A stretch of 64,000 nt of DNA from Chthoniobacterales bacterium (GTDB taxonomy: Bacteria > Verrucomicrobiota > Verrucomicrobiia > Chthoniobacterales > UBA6821). This document shows, piece by piece, positions 37,523-47,588 of the stretch. The notes under the pieces are model-generated. The model had not been told where the DNA came from and ran no database searches. It saw nothing but the letters and a program-made list of their open reading frames with translations. Position 1 is the stretch's first letter. Each line of letters begins with the position of its first letter. A program made the position numbers and the translations under genes. The stretch lies in contig JBIIGI010000001.1 of NCBI GenBank assembly GCA_044236545.1, forward strand, positions 8,557-72,556, in the 5' to 3' direction.

Positions 37523-39111
37523 AAAGAATCTTGATGATCCCGATACTTCTCCTGCTTCTTGCTGGATGGACCCTTGATGCGGCGAATCCTGCTGATGATG
37601 CCGCGGCAACCGTGGTCATCTACAATTCCTCGGATCCCGATTCAAAGTCGTTGGCCGATTTTTACTGCACTGCCCGGGGTATCAACCCCTCGCAACAGAT
37701 CGCCCTCCCGGCACCAGTGACGGAGGAGATTTCCCGTGGAGATTACGACAACACGATAGCCCGCCCGATCTGCAAGGAGTTCCTGCGCCGCGGATACTGG
37801 AAGGTAGCCAAGGACATGACCAACCGCCCCATTGTCATTGCCTCCCGCATCCGCTATGCAGTGATCATCCGCGGCATGCCTCTCAAGATCGCCGAGTGCG
37901 GCGACTATCCCGGAGATGCCAGGATTCAGCCCGCGCCGATAGGTTTCTGCAATGCCGCTTCGGTGGATTCAGAACTCTCCACACTGGGTTTTTTCACCCC
38001 GCAGATTTCCGGGGTGCTGAACAACCCATGCAACTGGTCCTCTTCCCCGTCTGTTTTGCAACCTGCGCCGCCGCCATCCCTTCTCCGTGTGGCCCGCCTG
38101 GATGCCCCGACAGTCGATGCCGTGAAGACCTTGGTGACCAACGGCATCAAGGCCGAAAAGGAGGGACTCTGGGGATACGGATACATCGATCTGAGATCCA
38201 TCACCACCCAGGGGTACGCTCAGGGCGATCAATGGATCAGGGAGGCTGGCCAAGCCATGAGGGAGCACGGGATACCGGTCTTGTGCGACGACCTTCCCGA
38301 CACCTTTCAGGGAGGTTTTCCCCTCACCTATGCGGCCGCCTATTACGGATGGTACAGCGAGAATATCAACGGTCCCTTCAATGATCCCTTCTTCCAGTTC
38401 GTGCCGGGGGCGGTGGCCGTTCACCTCCACTCGTTCAGCGCCTCCACCCTGCGCGACACTCACAAGGGATGGACCGCTCCTCTCATTCTCCACGGAGCAG
38501 GCGCTTCGCTGGGAAATGTCTACGAACCATATCTTTCCTTCACCACCAATCTTGGGATCCTCGCCTCCTCACTGCTTTCCGGAAGGAATCTGGCCGAGAG
38601 TTACTACGCGGCCCAACCCGTTCTCTCCTGGATGAGCGTTCTGGTAGGTGATCCACTCTATCGTCCCTACGCCTGCTTCGACGATCCAGGAAGCACCTCG
38701 CCTTCCAAGAGTGTCTGGACCGACTACCGTCGCATCATCCTTGCCAACAACGGGGATGTGTTGAAGTCCGCTTCCGATCTGGTTGCCCGTGCCCAGGAAA
38801 CGGGTGAAAGCCTCTACCTTGAGGCCCTCGGAGCTGCCCAATACGATGCAGGGGATCTTCCCTCCGCCGAGGCGACATTCCGAAATGCCGGGTCAATGTC
38901 AAAATACCCCGTCGTTCAGTTCCGCCTCCTTCTTGAACAGGCGCGTGCCATTGAGAAACAAGGAGATCCCATGCGGGGTGCGGCGATTCTCCGTCAGGGG
39001 CTCCTCCGCTTCACCGCCACCTCACAGCGCAGCCTCCTCCTTTCCTGGATTGCACGGATGGATCCGATCAAGCCCGATCCTTCGCCTTCGCCGGCACAAG
39101 CGGTCAGATGA
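37519..39111 (+). CDS. secreted hypothetical protein, TIGR03790-like, with C-terminal TPR-like helices
   Basis: Signal peptide MKRILMIPILLLLLAGWTLDA. The N-terminal VVIYNSSDPDSKSLADFYCTARGI block matches my recollection of the TIGR03790 family, which I could not verify. Its start overlaps the MBL stop (ATGA). Confidence 0.5.
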   Translation: MKRILMIPILLLLLAGWTLDAANPADDAAATVVIYNSSDPDSKSLADFYCTARGINPSQQIALPAPVTEEISRGDYDNTIARPICKEFLRRGYWKVAKDMTNRPIVIASRIRYAVIIRGMPLKIAECGDYPGDARIQPAPIGFCNAASVDSELSTLGFFTPQISGVLNNPCNWSSSPSVLQPAPPPSLLRVARLDAPTVDAVKTLVTNGIKAEKEGLWGYGYIDLRSITTQGYAQGDQWIREAGQAMREHGIPVLCDDLPDTFQGGFPLTYAAAYYGWYSENINGPFNDPFFQFVPGAVAVHLHSFSASTLRDTHKGWTAPLILHGAGASLGNVYEPYLSFTTNLGILASSLLSGRNLAESYYAAQPVLSWMSVLVGDPLYRPYACFDDPGSTSPSKSVWTDYRRIILANNGDVLKSASDLVARAQETGESLYLEALGAAQYDAGDLPSAEATFRNAGSMSKYPVVQFRLLLEQARAIEKQGDPMRGAAILRQGLLRFTATSQRSLLLSWIARMDPIKPDPSPSPAQAVR

Positions 39112-39674
39112 AGCCATGCCCTGAGGCGCCGCGGTTATCTCAAGGGCTCTGGAAGCGTGCCGGGCGTCCTTCATCCGGATCGGGTCTGCTTGTTCTCATG
39201 TTCCTGTTGTTGGCATCCACTGCTTCCAACCTTCTTGCCCGTGACGTCCATCCGGACCATTGCAGGGAATTGAAAGCATTCCCTCCCGCAGGCGAGGGGA
39301 TGATGCGTTTTGTGATTTCTCTGCCCCCCTTGGAGGATGAGGAACTCTTCAAGGTTCAGCTTTTGATTGGCAAGACCATCAAACTGGATGCCGGGAACCG
39401 CTTTTTTTTTGCCGGGAAGCTGGAAACGGAAACCGTCAATGGATGGGGCTATGACTACTACATCCTGAAATCCCTTGGCCTCATGGTAGGAACCCTGATG
39501 GCTGTCGATCCCTTGGCTCCCTTGGAGAAACGATTCATCTCTCTTGGAGGAGAGCCCCATCTCTTCCGGTACAATAGCCGCCTTCCCATGGTCATTTATC
39601 TCCCCAAGGGCGTGGAGTGCCGCTACAGGATCTGGCAGGCCGGTCGGAAAACCATTCCTGCGGAAGAGGGCTGA
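39108..39674 (+). CDS. eco: ecotin-family periplasmic serine protease inhibitor
   Basis: Strong by-eye similarity to E. coli ecotin across the whole domain (KVQLLIGKT..., GKLETETVNGWGYDYYIL, FRYNSRLPMVIYLPKGVECRYRIWQA). Its start overlaps the upstream stop (ATGA). Confidence 0.85.
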   Translation: MKPCPEAPRLSQGLWKRAGRPSSGSGLLVLMFLLLASTASNLLARDVHPDHCRELKAFPPAGEGMMRFVISLPPLEDEELFKVQLLIGKTIKLDAGNRFFFAGKLETETVNGWGYDYYILKSLGLMVGTLMAVDPLAPLEKRFISLGGEPHLFRYNSRLPMVIYLPKGVECRYRIWQAGRKTIPAEEG

Positions 39675-39855
39675 TCCGCCTTGTCTGTTGTGTGCCCCGC
39701 TTGGGAACCGCTGATTAAATCCCCAGTTTTCAGACAGTCTCTAAGAGATTGCGTTCTTTCAGTTGACCACGGCCACCTGTCCAGTCATAGTGCACAACCC
39801 CCGACACACTTTCTTGGAACCTTTCAAGACCTGTGCGTCGGGAATTCTCATTGCC

Positions 39856-41121
39856 ATGAACTCCGAATTTATCGCCATGCTCGACTACCTCGAGCGTGAA
39901 AAAGGTATCAAGCGCGAGACGCTCATCGAGGCGATCTCATCGGCCCTCGTTGCCGCCTCCAAAAAGAGCTTTTCCTGCTCCCGAGATGTCCGCATCGACA
40001 TCAATCCCAAGAGCGGTGCCATCAGAGCGTTTGCCAAGCCGCTTGTGGTCGAGACCGTGTCCAATCCCCAGGAGGAGATCTCCGTCGCCAAGGCACGCCT
40101 CATCAACAAGGAGGTTCAGGCCGGAGACGAGGTGGAGATCGAGGTGACCCCGCGTGACTTTGGTCGGATTGCCGCCCAGACAGCACGCCAGGCCATCGCT
40201 CAGAGGATTCGTCAGATCGAGAAAGAGATGATCTACGAGGAGTTCAAGGACCGCGCTGGCGAGATCGTTAGCGGCACCGTGCGACGTTTCGACCGCAGCG
40301 ACGTTATCCTCGACCTCGGAAAGTTCGAGGGAGTGATGCCCTCCCGGGAGCGTGTCAGCACCGAGGAATACAATATCGGGGACCGTATCCGCGCCTACGT
40401 GGTGGCCGTCGAGAACGGACCTCGCGGACCGGAGATCATCCTCTCACGCAGCCATCCGAATTTCATCAGACGCCTCTTTGAGATCGAGGTCAGCGAGATC
40501 GCCGACCGCACGGTTGAATTCCGTTCGATTGCCCGCGAGGCCGGTTTTCGCACGAAGATAGCCGTGCACAGTTCCAACGACAAGGTGGATCCCGTCGGGG
40601 CCTGCGTCGGCATGCGAGGAGCCCGGGTCAAAAACATCGTTCGCGAGCTTAACAACGAGAAAGTGGACATCATCCGCTGGTACGAGGACCCCAAGGAGTT
40701 TGCCCGTGAGGCCCTCAAACCCGCACGAATCCGCAGCATCGAGGTCGACGAGGCCGCCCACACCCTGCGCATCGCCGTGGACAAGGAGGATCTTGCACTG
40801 GCCATTGGCAAGCGCGGCCAGAACGCCCGTCTCACCTCCCGCCTTACTGGCTGGGAGATTGACATTCAGGAAGACCGCTCGGCCGCAGAGGCCTTTGAGC
40901 AGCAGATGGGTGGCGCCGCGCATCAGTTGGCAACCTCTCTCGGCATCAGCGAGGAGGAGGCCAAGACACTGGCCGCCGGCGGCATGAATTCCATAGATGT
41001 CATCATCACCGCCGAGGCTTCCGATATCGACGGAGTGCTTGGCTGCGGACCTGAGAAAGCAGAAGCAATCCTCGCAGCCGCCAAGAGTCACCTCGAAGCG
41101 AAAGGGCAGGCGGCGGCTTAG
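39856..41121 (+). CDS. nusA: transcription termination/antitermination factor NusA
   Basis: ATG 39856 lies within track ORF 39763-41121 (MNSEFIAMLDYLEREKGI). S1 domain (GEIVSGTVRRFDRSDVILDLG) and KH domains (PVGACVGMRGARVKNI; AIGKRGQNARL). Confidence 0.9.
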   Translation: MNSEFIAMLDYLEREKGIKRETLIEAISSALVAASKKSFSCSRDVRIDINPKSGAIRAFAKPLVVETVSNPQEEISVAKARLINKEVQAGDEVEIEVTPRDFGRIAAQTARQAIAQRIRQIEKEMIYEEFKDRAGEIVSGTVRRFDRSDVILDLGKFEGVMPSRERVSTEEYNIGDRIRAYVVAVENGPRGPEIILSRSHPNFIRRLFEIEVSEIADRTVEFRSIAREAGFRTKIAVHSSNDKVDPVGACVGMRGARVKNIVRELNNEKVDIIRWYEDPKEFAREALKPARIRSIEVDEAAHTLRIAVDKEDLALAIGKRGQNARLTSRLTGWEIDIQEDRSAAEAFEQQMGGAAHQLATSLGISEEEAKTLAAGGMNSIDVIITAEASDIDGVLGCGPEKAEAILAAAKSHLEAKGQAAA

Positions 41122-41169
41122 TCACGGCGCTTCCCCGACGCGGGGAACCTGCCGTCATCCGATATTTTC

Positions 41170-43368
41170 ATGGCCTCCAAAGTCCCCACATCCAAATCAA
41201 CCGCCTCAACAGGGGCGGGTTCCAAGGCCTCTGCATCCAAGGCACCCTCCCGCTCATCGCGCGCTGGAACGGTCTCCGGTGCCCGCGGTTCCTCCAGGTC
41301 CTCCTCCTCGAAGGATGCGAGAGATGCCTCAGCAAAGTCCAAAGGGACCTCGAATGCCCCTGACAAAGCCGAAGCCAAGAAGCCTGTCATCAAGACCGCC
41401 GACCTTCCCACTCTTTCGCTGATTGACGAACCCGCCCCGAAGAAGCGCGTCGCCCCCACGGGCAAGGCGCTTCCCCGCATCGGGGAGAGCCAGCCTTCTG
41501 TAGCGCCCGCTCCCATCATCGAAGAAGCGGTCGATGTCGTTGGAGAGGAAGAGGTCTCCCTGTCCGAGGATACCGAGGGTGGTGAGCCCCGCAAGGTGAT
41601 CCACATCAAGCCGCCGATCCAGATCAAGGAACTGGCCACCCAGTTGGGTGTTCCTCCCTTCAAGATCATCAAGGATCTGATGGGAATGCAGATTTTCGCG
41701 AACATCAACCAATCGGTCGAGCCCGAGGTCGCCGGCAAACTCTGCGATCTTTACGGATTCGTTTTCGAGCGCGAGAAGCGCGTCGCAGGAGGCGGTGTCC
41801 ACAAGGAGGAGAAGGTTGTCATCGAGCCTCCCAAGCCCGTCGAGGAGATGCCCGAGGCAAAGAAACTCCGCGGCCCGATCATCACCTTCATGGGCCATGT
41901 CGACCACGGCAAGACCTCCCTGCTCGACGCCATCCGCCGCGCCAAGGTCGCATCGGGAGAGGCTGGTGGCATTACCCAGCGTATCGGCGCCTATTCCATC
42001 GACTGGAAGGGTCATCCCATCACGTTCATCGACACCCCGGGCCATGCGGCGTTTTCCGCCATGCGGGCACGCGGTGCGAATGTCACCGACATCGTCGTCC
42101 TTGTCGTTGCGGCCGATGACGGTCTCATGCCGCAGACCCTTGAGGCTCTCAGCCATGCCCAGGCCGCCAAGGTCACCATCATGGTCGCCATCAACAAGTG
42201 TGATCTCAAGACGGCGAACCCCGACCGCGTGAAGCAGCAGCTTCAGGAGAAGGGACTCGTTCCTGAGGATTGGGGCGGCGACACCGTGGTCTGCGAGGTT
42301 TCTGCGGCCACCGCCAAGGGAATCGACAACCTGCTCGAGATGATGTCCCTGCAGGCCGAGGTTCTGGAACTCAAGGCCAACCCCGACATTCCCGGACGCG
42401 CCAGCGTCATCGAGGCCCAGGTCGAGGCGGGACGCGGCCCCACGGCCACCGTCATCGTCAACACCGGCACCCTCCGCGTCGGCGATCCCTTCATCTGCGG
42501 CAACTACTGGGGCAAGGTCAAGCAGCTCATCAACGAGGATGGTGTCGCCTTCAAGGCCGCCGGTCCCGCCATGCCCGCCAAGGTTCTCGGTCTCAGCGGT
42601 CTTCCCAACGCCGGCGACGAGCTCGTCGTCATGGAGAACGAGCGTTCCGCCCGGCAGCTCAGCGAGGAACGCCTTGATGCCCAGCGCAAGGAGAAGCTCG
42701 CCGCTCCCAAGAGGGCAACGCTTGAGAACCTCTTCGCCAACATCGCAGCCGACCAGAAGAAAGTTCTCCAGATCGTCCTCAAGGCCGACATGCAGGGCTC
42801 GCTCGAGGCCATCATCGGCACGCTCAACGACATTCCGCAGGACAAGATCGACCTCAAGATCATCCACTCCGCGGTGGGTCCGATCACCGAGAGCGACGTG
42901 CTTCTCGCCAGTGCCTCCGACGCCATCATCATCGGCTTCGGCATCAAGGTGGAGAACAGCGCCAACAACGCCGCCCGCAAGGAAGGGGTCCAGATCAAGC
43001 TCTTCAGCATCATCTACGAGCTGGTCGACCAGATGCGCGACGCCATGCAGGGGATGCTCGACCCCGAGGTGCGCGAAGCCGTCATCGGTCATGCCGAGGT
43101 GAAGCAGCTCTTTGATCTCACCAAGGGAATGGTCGCCGGCTCCATGGTCACCGACGGTCGCATGTCGCGCTCCGCCCGTGCCCGCGTGCTGCGCCGCCGC
43201 CAAGCCGTCTATGACGGCAGCCTGACCACCCTGCGCCGATTCACCGAGGATGTGAAGGAAGTCCGTGCCGGACTCGAGTGCGGTATCCGCCTCGGCGATT
43301 ATTCCGAATACGAGGTCGGCGATATCATCGAGTGCTACACTCTCGAGAAGGTCGCGCAGAAACTCTAG
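41170..43368 (+). CDS. infB: translation initiation factor IF-2
   Basis: GTPase motifs [17 protein letters not shown] and NKCD. Low-complexity Ser/Ala/Lys-rich N-terminus. Located downstream of nusA. Confidence 0.95.
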   Translation: MASKVPTSKSTASTGAGSKASASKAPSRSSRAGTVSGARGSSRSSSSKDARDASAKSKGTSNAPDKAEAKKPVIKTADLPTLSLIDEPAPKKRVAPTGKALPRIGESQPSVAPAPIIEEAVDVVGEEEVSLSEDTEGGEPRKVIHIKPPIQIKELATQLGVPPFKIIKDLMGMQIFANINQSVEPEVAGKLCDLYGFVFEREKRVAGGGVHKEEKVVIEPPKPVEEMPEAKKLRGPIITFMGHVDHGKTSLLDAIRRAKVASGEAGGITQRIGAYSIDWKGHPITFIDTPGHAAFSAMRARGANVTDIVVLVVAADDGLMPQTLEALSHAQAAKVTIMVAINKCDLKTANPDRVKQQLQEKGLVPEDWGGDTVVCEVSAATAKGIDNLLEMMSLQAEVLELKANPDIPGRASVIEAQVEAGRGPTATVIVNTGTLRVGDPFICGNYWGKVKQLINEDGVAFKAAGPAMPAKVLGLSGLPNAGDELVVMENERSARQLSEERLDAQRKEKLAAPKRATLENLFANIAADQKKVLQIVLKADMQGSLEAIIGTLNDIPQDKIDLKIIHSAVGPITESDVLLASASDAIIIGFGIKVENSANNAARKEGVQIKLFSIIYELVDQMRDAMQGMLDPEVREAVIGHAEVKQLFDLTKGMVAGSMVTDGRMSRSARARVLRRRQAVYDGSLTTLRRFTEDVKEVRAGLECGIRLGDYSEYEVGDIIECYTLEKVAQKL

Positions 43369-43427
43369 GGCCCTAGCCGGGGTTATCTTTTCCATCAAGG
43401 GGGCCATCCGCCCATTCAGCCACCACC

Positions 43428-43826
43428 ATGAGCCTACGTACTGTACGAGTCTGTGAACTGATCAAGCGGGAGCTTGGCATGATAGTCGGGCGGGAGATGA
43501 AGTTTGAAGCACCGCTGGTTTCCATCCGTGCCGTCGACATCACTCCCGATCTCAAGAACGCCCATGTCTTCGTCAGTGCCATCGGCACCAAGTGGCAGAA
43601 GGAACAGGCGATCACAGCTCTGGAGGCCAATCGCCAGCACCTCCAGCACGAGCTTTCCCGGCGTGTGATCCTAAAATACACGCCGCATCTGCACTTCCAA
43701 ATCGATGATTCGATCGAACGTGGCACACGCGTTCTCAACCTTCTCGACGAGATCGCCCCGACACTCCCTCAGGATGAGCCCGTGGATCAGACGGGAGAGG
43801 GGCACGGAGACCCTCGCCAGCCATGA
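43428..43826 (+). CDS. rbfA: ribosome-binding factor A
   Basis: RVCELIKRELGMIV...VSIRAVDITPDLKNAHVFVS...LRYTP-like KYTPHLHFQIDDS. Confidence 0.9.
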   Translation: MSLRTVRVCELIKRELGMIVGREMKFEAPLVSIRAVDITPDLKNAHVFVSAIGTKWQKEQAITALEANRQHLQHELSRRVILKYTPHLHFQIDDSIERGTRVLNLLDEIAPTLPQDEPVDQTGEGHGDPRQP

Positions 43827-44803
43827 CCTCCGCCATCTTCCCCGAGATCCGCGCGGCGTTAAGCGGAAAGAAACGCATCCTGGTCGCAAGCCACCTGCGT
43901 CCTGATGCCGATGCCTATGGATCGACGATCGCCGCGGCCCTCTGGCTCCTTTCCGAGGGGCATGAGGTGACCGCTTGGAACCAGGACGGCATGCTTGAGA
44001 AGTTCTCCTTCCTTCCCTCCTCGGAGCTGGTGACAGCACCCCCCTCCACTCCCGTCTCCTTCGACGCGGTCCTGGCGCTCGATACCTCGGTGAAGAACCG
44101 TCTCGGAACCGTCATCCCATCGGTTGCCGGCGATCCCCTCTGGATCTGTATCGATCATCACAAGAGCAACGAGGGATATGCAGATCTCAACCTGATCGAT
44201 GCATCCCGTCCCGCGACAGGACAGATCCTTGCCGAAGGTTTCATGGAGGAGGGCATTCCGATCTCGCCCGAGATGGCTGCCAATCTCTTTGCAGCCATCT
44301 CCACCGACACGGGATCCTTCCAATACGAGGGGACCGGTGACAGGACCTTCGAGGTCGCGGCCGAACTGATTCGTCGCGGGGTTCATGTCGCTTCCCTCTC
44401 CCGATCCCTCTACGAGAGCCAGCCGCGGCGACGCCTGGAACTGCTCAAGCATGCCCTGGTGAATGCCCGCTTCACATGCGATGACCGTGTTGTCAGCTTT
44501 GCTCTTTCGCTCGGGGATGTCGCGAGTCTGGGAGTCATCCCCGAGGATAACGAGGGAATCATCGACCATCTGCGATCGGTTGACGGGGTGAAGGCCGCGG
44601 CTTTCTTTGAGGAACTCCCCGACGGCATGGTTCGTCTCAGCCTCCGATCCAAGGATTCCACCTTTGATTCCTGCAGCCTCTGCCGCCGCTTCGGTGGTGG
44701 TGGGCACGTGATGGCTTCCGGTGCACGGATCAAGGGTGATCTTGCCGGGGTCCAGGAGACCGTTCTCGCAGCGATCTGCGGGGAAGTTGAAAAAGCCCGA
44801 TGA
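43823..44803 (+). CDS. DHH/DHHA1 family phosphoesterase (NrnA-like oligoribonuclease / pAp phosphatase)
   Basis: SHLRPDADAYGS, IDHHKSN and C-terminal GGGGH motifs. ATGA overlap with rbfA. Confidence 0.8.
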   Translation: MTSAIFPEIRAALSGKKRILVASHLRPDADAYGSTIAAALWLLSEGHEVTAWNQDGMLEKFSFLPSSELVTAPPSTPVSFDAVLALDTSVKNRLGTVIPSVAGDPLWICIDHHKSNEGYADLNLIDASRPATGQILAEGFMEEGIPISPEMAANLFAAISTDTGSFQYEGTGDRTFEVAAELIRRGVHVASLSRSLYESQPRRRLELLKHALVNARFTCDDRVVSFALSLGDVASLGVIPEDNEGIIDHLRSVDGVKAAAFFEELPDGMVRLSLRSKDSTFDSCSLCRRFGGGGHVMASGARIKGDLAGVQETVLAAICGEVEKAR

Positions 44804-44824
44804 TACGTCTTAACCAAAAACACC

Positions 44825-45547
44825 ATGCGCTCCGACCTAGCAATTGACGGTGTCCTTCCCATTGACAAAGCCTCCGGAATGACATCCCACGACGTGGTAG
44901 CCATCGCGCGGCGTGTCCTGGGAACCAAGAAGGTTGGCCATTGCGGAACCCTTGACCCGATGGCCACGGGTCTGCTTCTTCTGACCCTGGGCCGGGGGAC
45001 CAAGATCCAGGATCTCCTCATGAGCGAGGACAAGGAGTATGTCGGCACCATGAAGTTCGGCGAGATGACGGACTCCCAGGATGCCGACGGCGAGATCACC
45101 GAGACCCGTCCGGTGCCGCAGTTCACCGCCGAGCAGTTGGAGAACGCCTTTGCCAAGTATGACGGAGATTTCTACCAGACTCCCCCGATGGTCTCCGCCA
45201 TCAAGAAGGATGGAGTCGCCCTTTACAAACTTGCCCGTCAGGGGAAGACCATCGAGCGCGAACCCCGCTTTGTCCACATCTACGCCCATCAGATCCTTGG
45301 AGTGCGTCCCCCGGAGATCGACTTCCGCGTGGTCTGCAGCAAGGGATTCTACGTGCGCACCTACGCATTCGACATCGGGAATGATCTCGGGTGTGGTGCC
45401 CACCTGAATGCGCTCCGCCGCACCAAGTCGGGACGGTTTGATGTCGACATGGCCTTCCCTGCGGCCGATCTCAAGACAGCCCCTCGCGAGGCGATCCTCG
45501 AGAAACTCCTGACCCTCCCGCAGGTCTCGCGCCTCAGAGGGGCATAA
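44825..45547 (+). CDS. truB: tRNA pseudouridine(55) synthase
   Basis: GVLPIDKASGMTSHDVV...KVGHCGTLDPMATGLL with the catalytic Asp context. Confidence 0.9.
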   Translation: MRSDLAIDGVLPIDKASGMTSHDVVAIARRVLGTKKVGHCGTLDPMATGLLLLTLGRGTKIQDLLMSEDKEYVGTMKFGEMTDSQDADGEITETRPVPQFTAEQLENAFAKYDGDFYQTPPMVSAIKKDGVALYKLARQGKTIEREPRFVHIYAHQILGVRPPEIDFRVVCSKGFYVRTYAFDIGNDLGCGAHLNALRRTKSGRFDVDMAFPAADLKTAPREAILEKLLTLPQVSRLRGA

Positions 45548-45556
45548 GACAGATTT

Positions 45557-45710
45557 AATATGGAACTCAGGAGCTCAGGAAAAACTGGGAGCAAGAACTG
45601 ATTCCAAGTAAGAATCTGATTTTTAATTGAAGGGATCTGATACAAATGATCCGCAATATCTTTCATTTGTCTTCTTCCCCTTCAGTTCCTGATTTCCTGA
45701 GTTCCATATT
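45557..45710. repeat. 154-bp low-GC element bounded by perfect 16-bp terminal inverted repeats, in the truB-ribF spacer
   Basis: aatatggaactcagga (45557-45572) is the exact reverse complement of tcctgagttccatatt (45695-45710). Imperfect complementarity continues inward (gctcaggaa / ttcctgatt). The interior is AT-rich. Confidence 0.8.
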
Positions 45711-45732
45711 CTAATCATTCAGTAACTTTCTG

Positions 45733-46662
45733 ATGAGGATTTTGCATTCCATTGATGAACTATCATCATTGAGTGGGCCGATCGTACTCGCGGCGGGGAC
45801 GTTCGACGGGGTGCATCTCGGCCATCAGGCCCTGATCCGACGGGCGATGGAGGAGGCCTCTGCCTGCGGAGGGACGGTCGTGGTGATGACCTTCGACCGC
45901 CATCCCGCCTCGCTACTCCGTCCCGAGAAGGCCCCGAAACTCCTGACCCGGAACGACGGGAAGATTGCCCTGCTCGCTGAGATGGTGGTTCCGGCGTTGC
46001 TGTTGCTGGAGTTCACCAGTGATCTGGCCGGTGTTCCCGCGAGGGAATTCATCGCGTCGCTCGTTGCGGCATGCTCTCCGCTTCATGCCTTTTGCGTTGG
46101 GCGCCAGTGGACGTTCGGGAAGGGAGGCGAGGGGAATGTGGCCCTCTTGAAAGAACTGGGTGCGGAGCGGAAATTCGAGGTCATCCAAATTGATCCCGTG
46201 GTGGCCGCTGATTCACCGATCAGCAGCACGCGGATCAGGGAGGCCATCGCCTCCGGTGATTTCGCTGAGTCATCCGCCTGCCTCGGCCGACCGTTTCTCC
46301 TCACGGGGAAGGTGGTGAGCGGTGCCGGTCTGGGTGTCACGATCGGGTTTCCGACTGCGAATCTTAGCGTGGAAGGAATGCAACTTCCCCCTGACGGTGT
46401 CTATGCCGTCAGAGTCCATCGTGAGGGGAGGGGTTATCGAGGAGTTGCCAATATCGGGGTCCGTCCCACGGTGGATCCGGCCTCTAGCAAGCGCACCGTC
46501 GAGGTCCATCTCTTCGATTTTTCAGAAGATCTCGTCGGGAAAGAACTCTCCTTGGAATTCGTGAAGTTCCTCCGGAGGGAGGAAAAGTTTTCCGGGTTGG
46601 ATGCCCTCAAGGGACAGATTGCCAAGGATTGCGAGCGGGCAAGAGCGATTCTCAGCCTTTAG
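45733..46662 (+). CDS. ribF: bifunctional riboflavin kinase / FAD synthetase
   Basis: GTFDGVHLGHQALI N-terminal nucleotidyltransferase motif. C-terminal kinase block GFPTANL...DGVYAV...GVANIGVRPT. Confidence 0.9.
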   Translation: MRILHSIDELSSLSGPIVLAAGTFDGVHLGHQALIRRAMEEASACGGTVVVMTFDRHPASLLRPEKAPKLLTRNDGKIALLAEMVVPALLLLEFTSDLAGVPAREFIASLVAACSPLHAFCVGRQWTFGKGGEGNVALLKELGAERKFEVIQIDPVVAADSPISSTRIREAIASGDFAESSACLGRPFLLTGKVVSGAGLGVTIGFPTANLSVEGMQLPPDGVYAVRVHREGRGYRGVANIGVRPTVDPASSKRTVEVHLFDFSEDLVGKELSLEFVKFLRREEKFSGLDALKGQIAKDCERARAILSL

Positions 46663-47584
46663 ATTCAGACAACGCCGCCCTCATCGTTTCCACGGGCGCG
46701 GGTACACCGAACCAGATGCCGCTCTGAAGGGCGCCCTGATGGAGGAGCATGGAGAAGCCGTTGGCGAAACGGGAGCGAGCCATTTTTGCCTGTTTCAGCA
46801 GGGCAGTCTCACCTCCGCTGTAGACCGTGTCGTAGACGAGATGCTTCGCGGTCAGGAGTCCATCCGGCAAGGGGGAGGGATCGTCCGCCTTCATGCCGAG
46901 AGGCGTGGCGTTGATGATCAGATCGGAATTGGCAACGGCGGTTTGGAGTGCCTCGCTAGAGAGTGTTGAGAGCGCAACGGAATCCAACTTCACGCCTCTT
47001 GCTGTCATGATCTCGGAGGCCAAGGCATCACCCTTCTCAGTTTTTCGGTTAGCAACCGTGATCGCGGGGCACCCTTCAAGGGCGCACTGAACGGTGACGG
47101 CGCGTCCTGCTCCGCCCGCACCTCCAAGGATCAGGACCCGGAGTTCCTTCAGCGGGATGCCGAATTCCTCGTGGATCGCGGCTGAGAGACCCGGGCCGTC
47201 GGTATTATGACCGTGGAGCTTCCCATCGATGACCTGAACCGTGTTGACCGCGCCCATGAGCCGGGATTCGCGGCTGACCTCGTCCATGATCGGTAGCGCC
47301 GCCTGCTTGTGGGGGATGGTGAGGCTTACTCCGAGGAATCCCGCCGTGGTGAGGTTACGCAGTGCGTGTGGCAGTTCTTCCGGAGTGACGCGGATGCGGA
47401 CGTATTGGAGTTCCAGACCGCGGGCCTTCAGCGCCGCGTTGTGCATCGGGGGGGATGCGGAGTGAGCGACCGGATCTCCGAAGACCGCAAGTCGGGCCGG
47501 GGGGGCGAGTTCTCGGAAAATCTTTCCCCCACCGGCCAGATCCGACGCCGTGAAGACGATCGGAGTCTCTCCGGAAGCGTTCAT
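46652..47584 (-). CDS. aroE: shikimate dehydrogenase
   Basis: ATG 47584 lies within track ORF 46652-47812. GDPVAHSASPPMHNAA, LTIPHK and LILGGAGGAGRAV (NADP site). Its 3' end overlaps ribF convergently by 11 nt. Confidence 0.85.
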   Translation of the reverse strand: MNASGETPIVFTASDLAGGGKIFRELAPPARLAVFGDPVAHSASPPMHNAALKARGLELQYVRIRVTPEELPHALRNLTTAGFLGVSLTIPHKQAALPIMDEVSRESRLMGAVNTVQVIDGKLHGHNTDGPGLSAAIHEEFGIPLKELRVLILGGAGGAGRAVTVQCALEGCPAITVANRKTEKGDALASEIMTARGVKLDSVALSTLSSEALQTAVANSDLIINATPLGMKADDPSPLPDGLLTAKHLVYDTVYSGGETALLKQAKMARSRFANGFSMLLHQGALQSGIWFGVPAPVETMRAALSESKG

Positions 47585-47588
47585 CGGA

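Noticed and set aside
41329-43407. 692-aa ORF antisense to infB
   Set aside because: It is exactly coextensive with a confidently identified gene. Its Gly/Asp/Leu/Arg-rich composition is typical of shadow ORFs in high-GC DNA, and it contains no recognisable motif.
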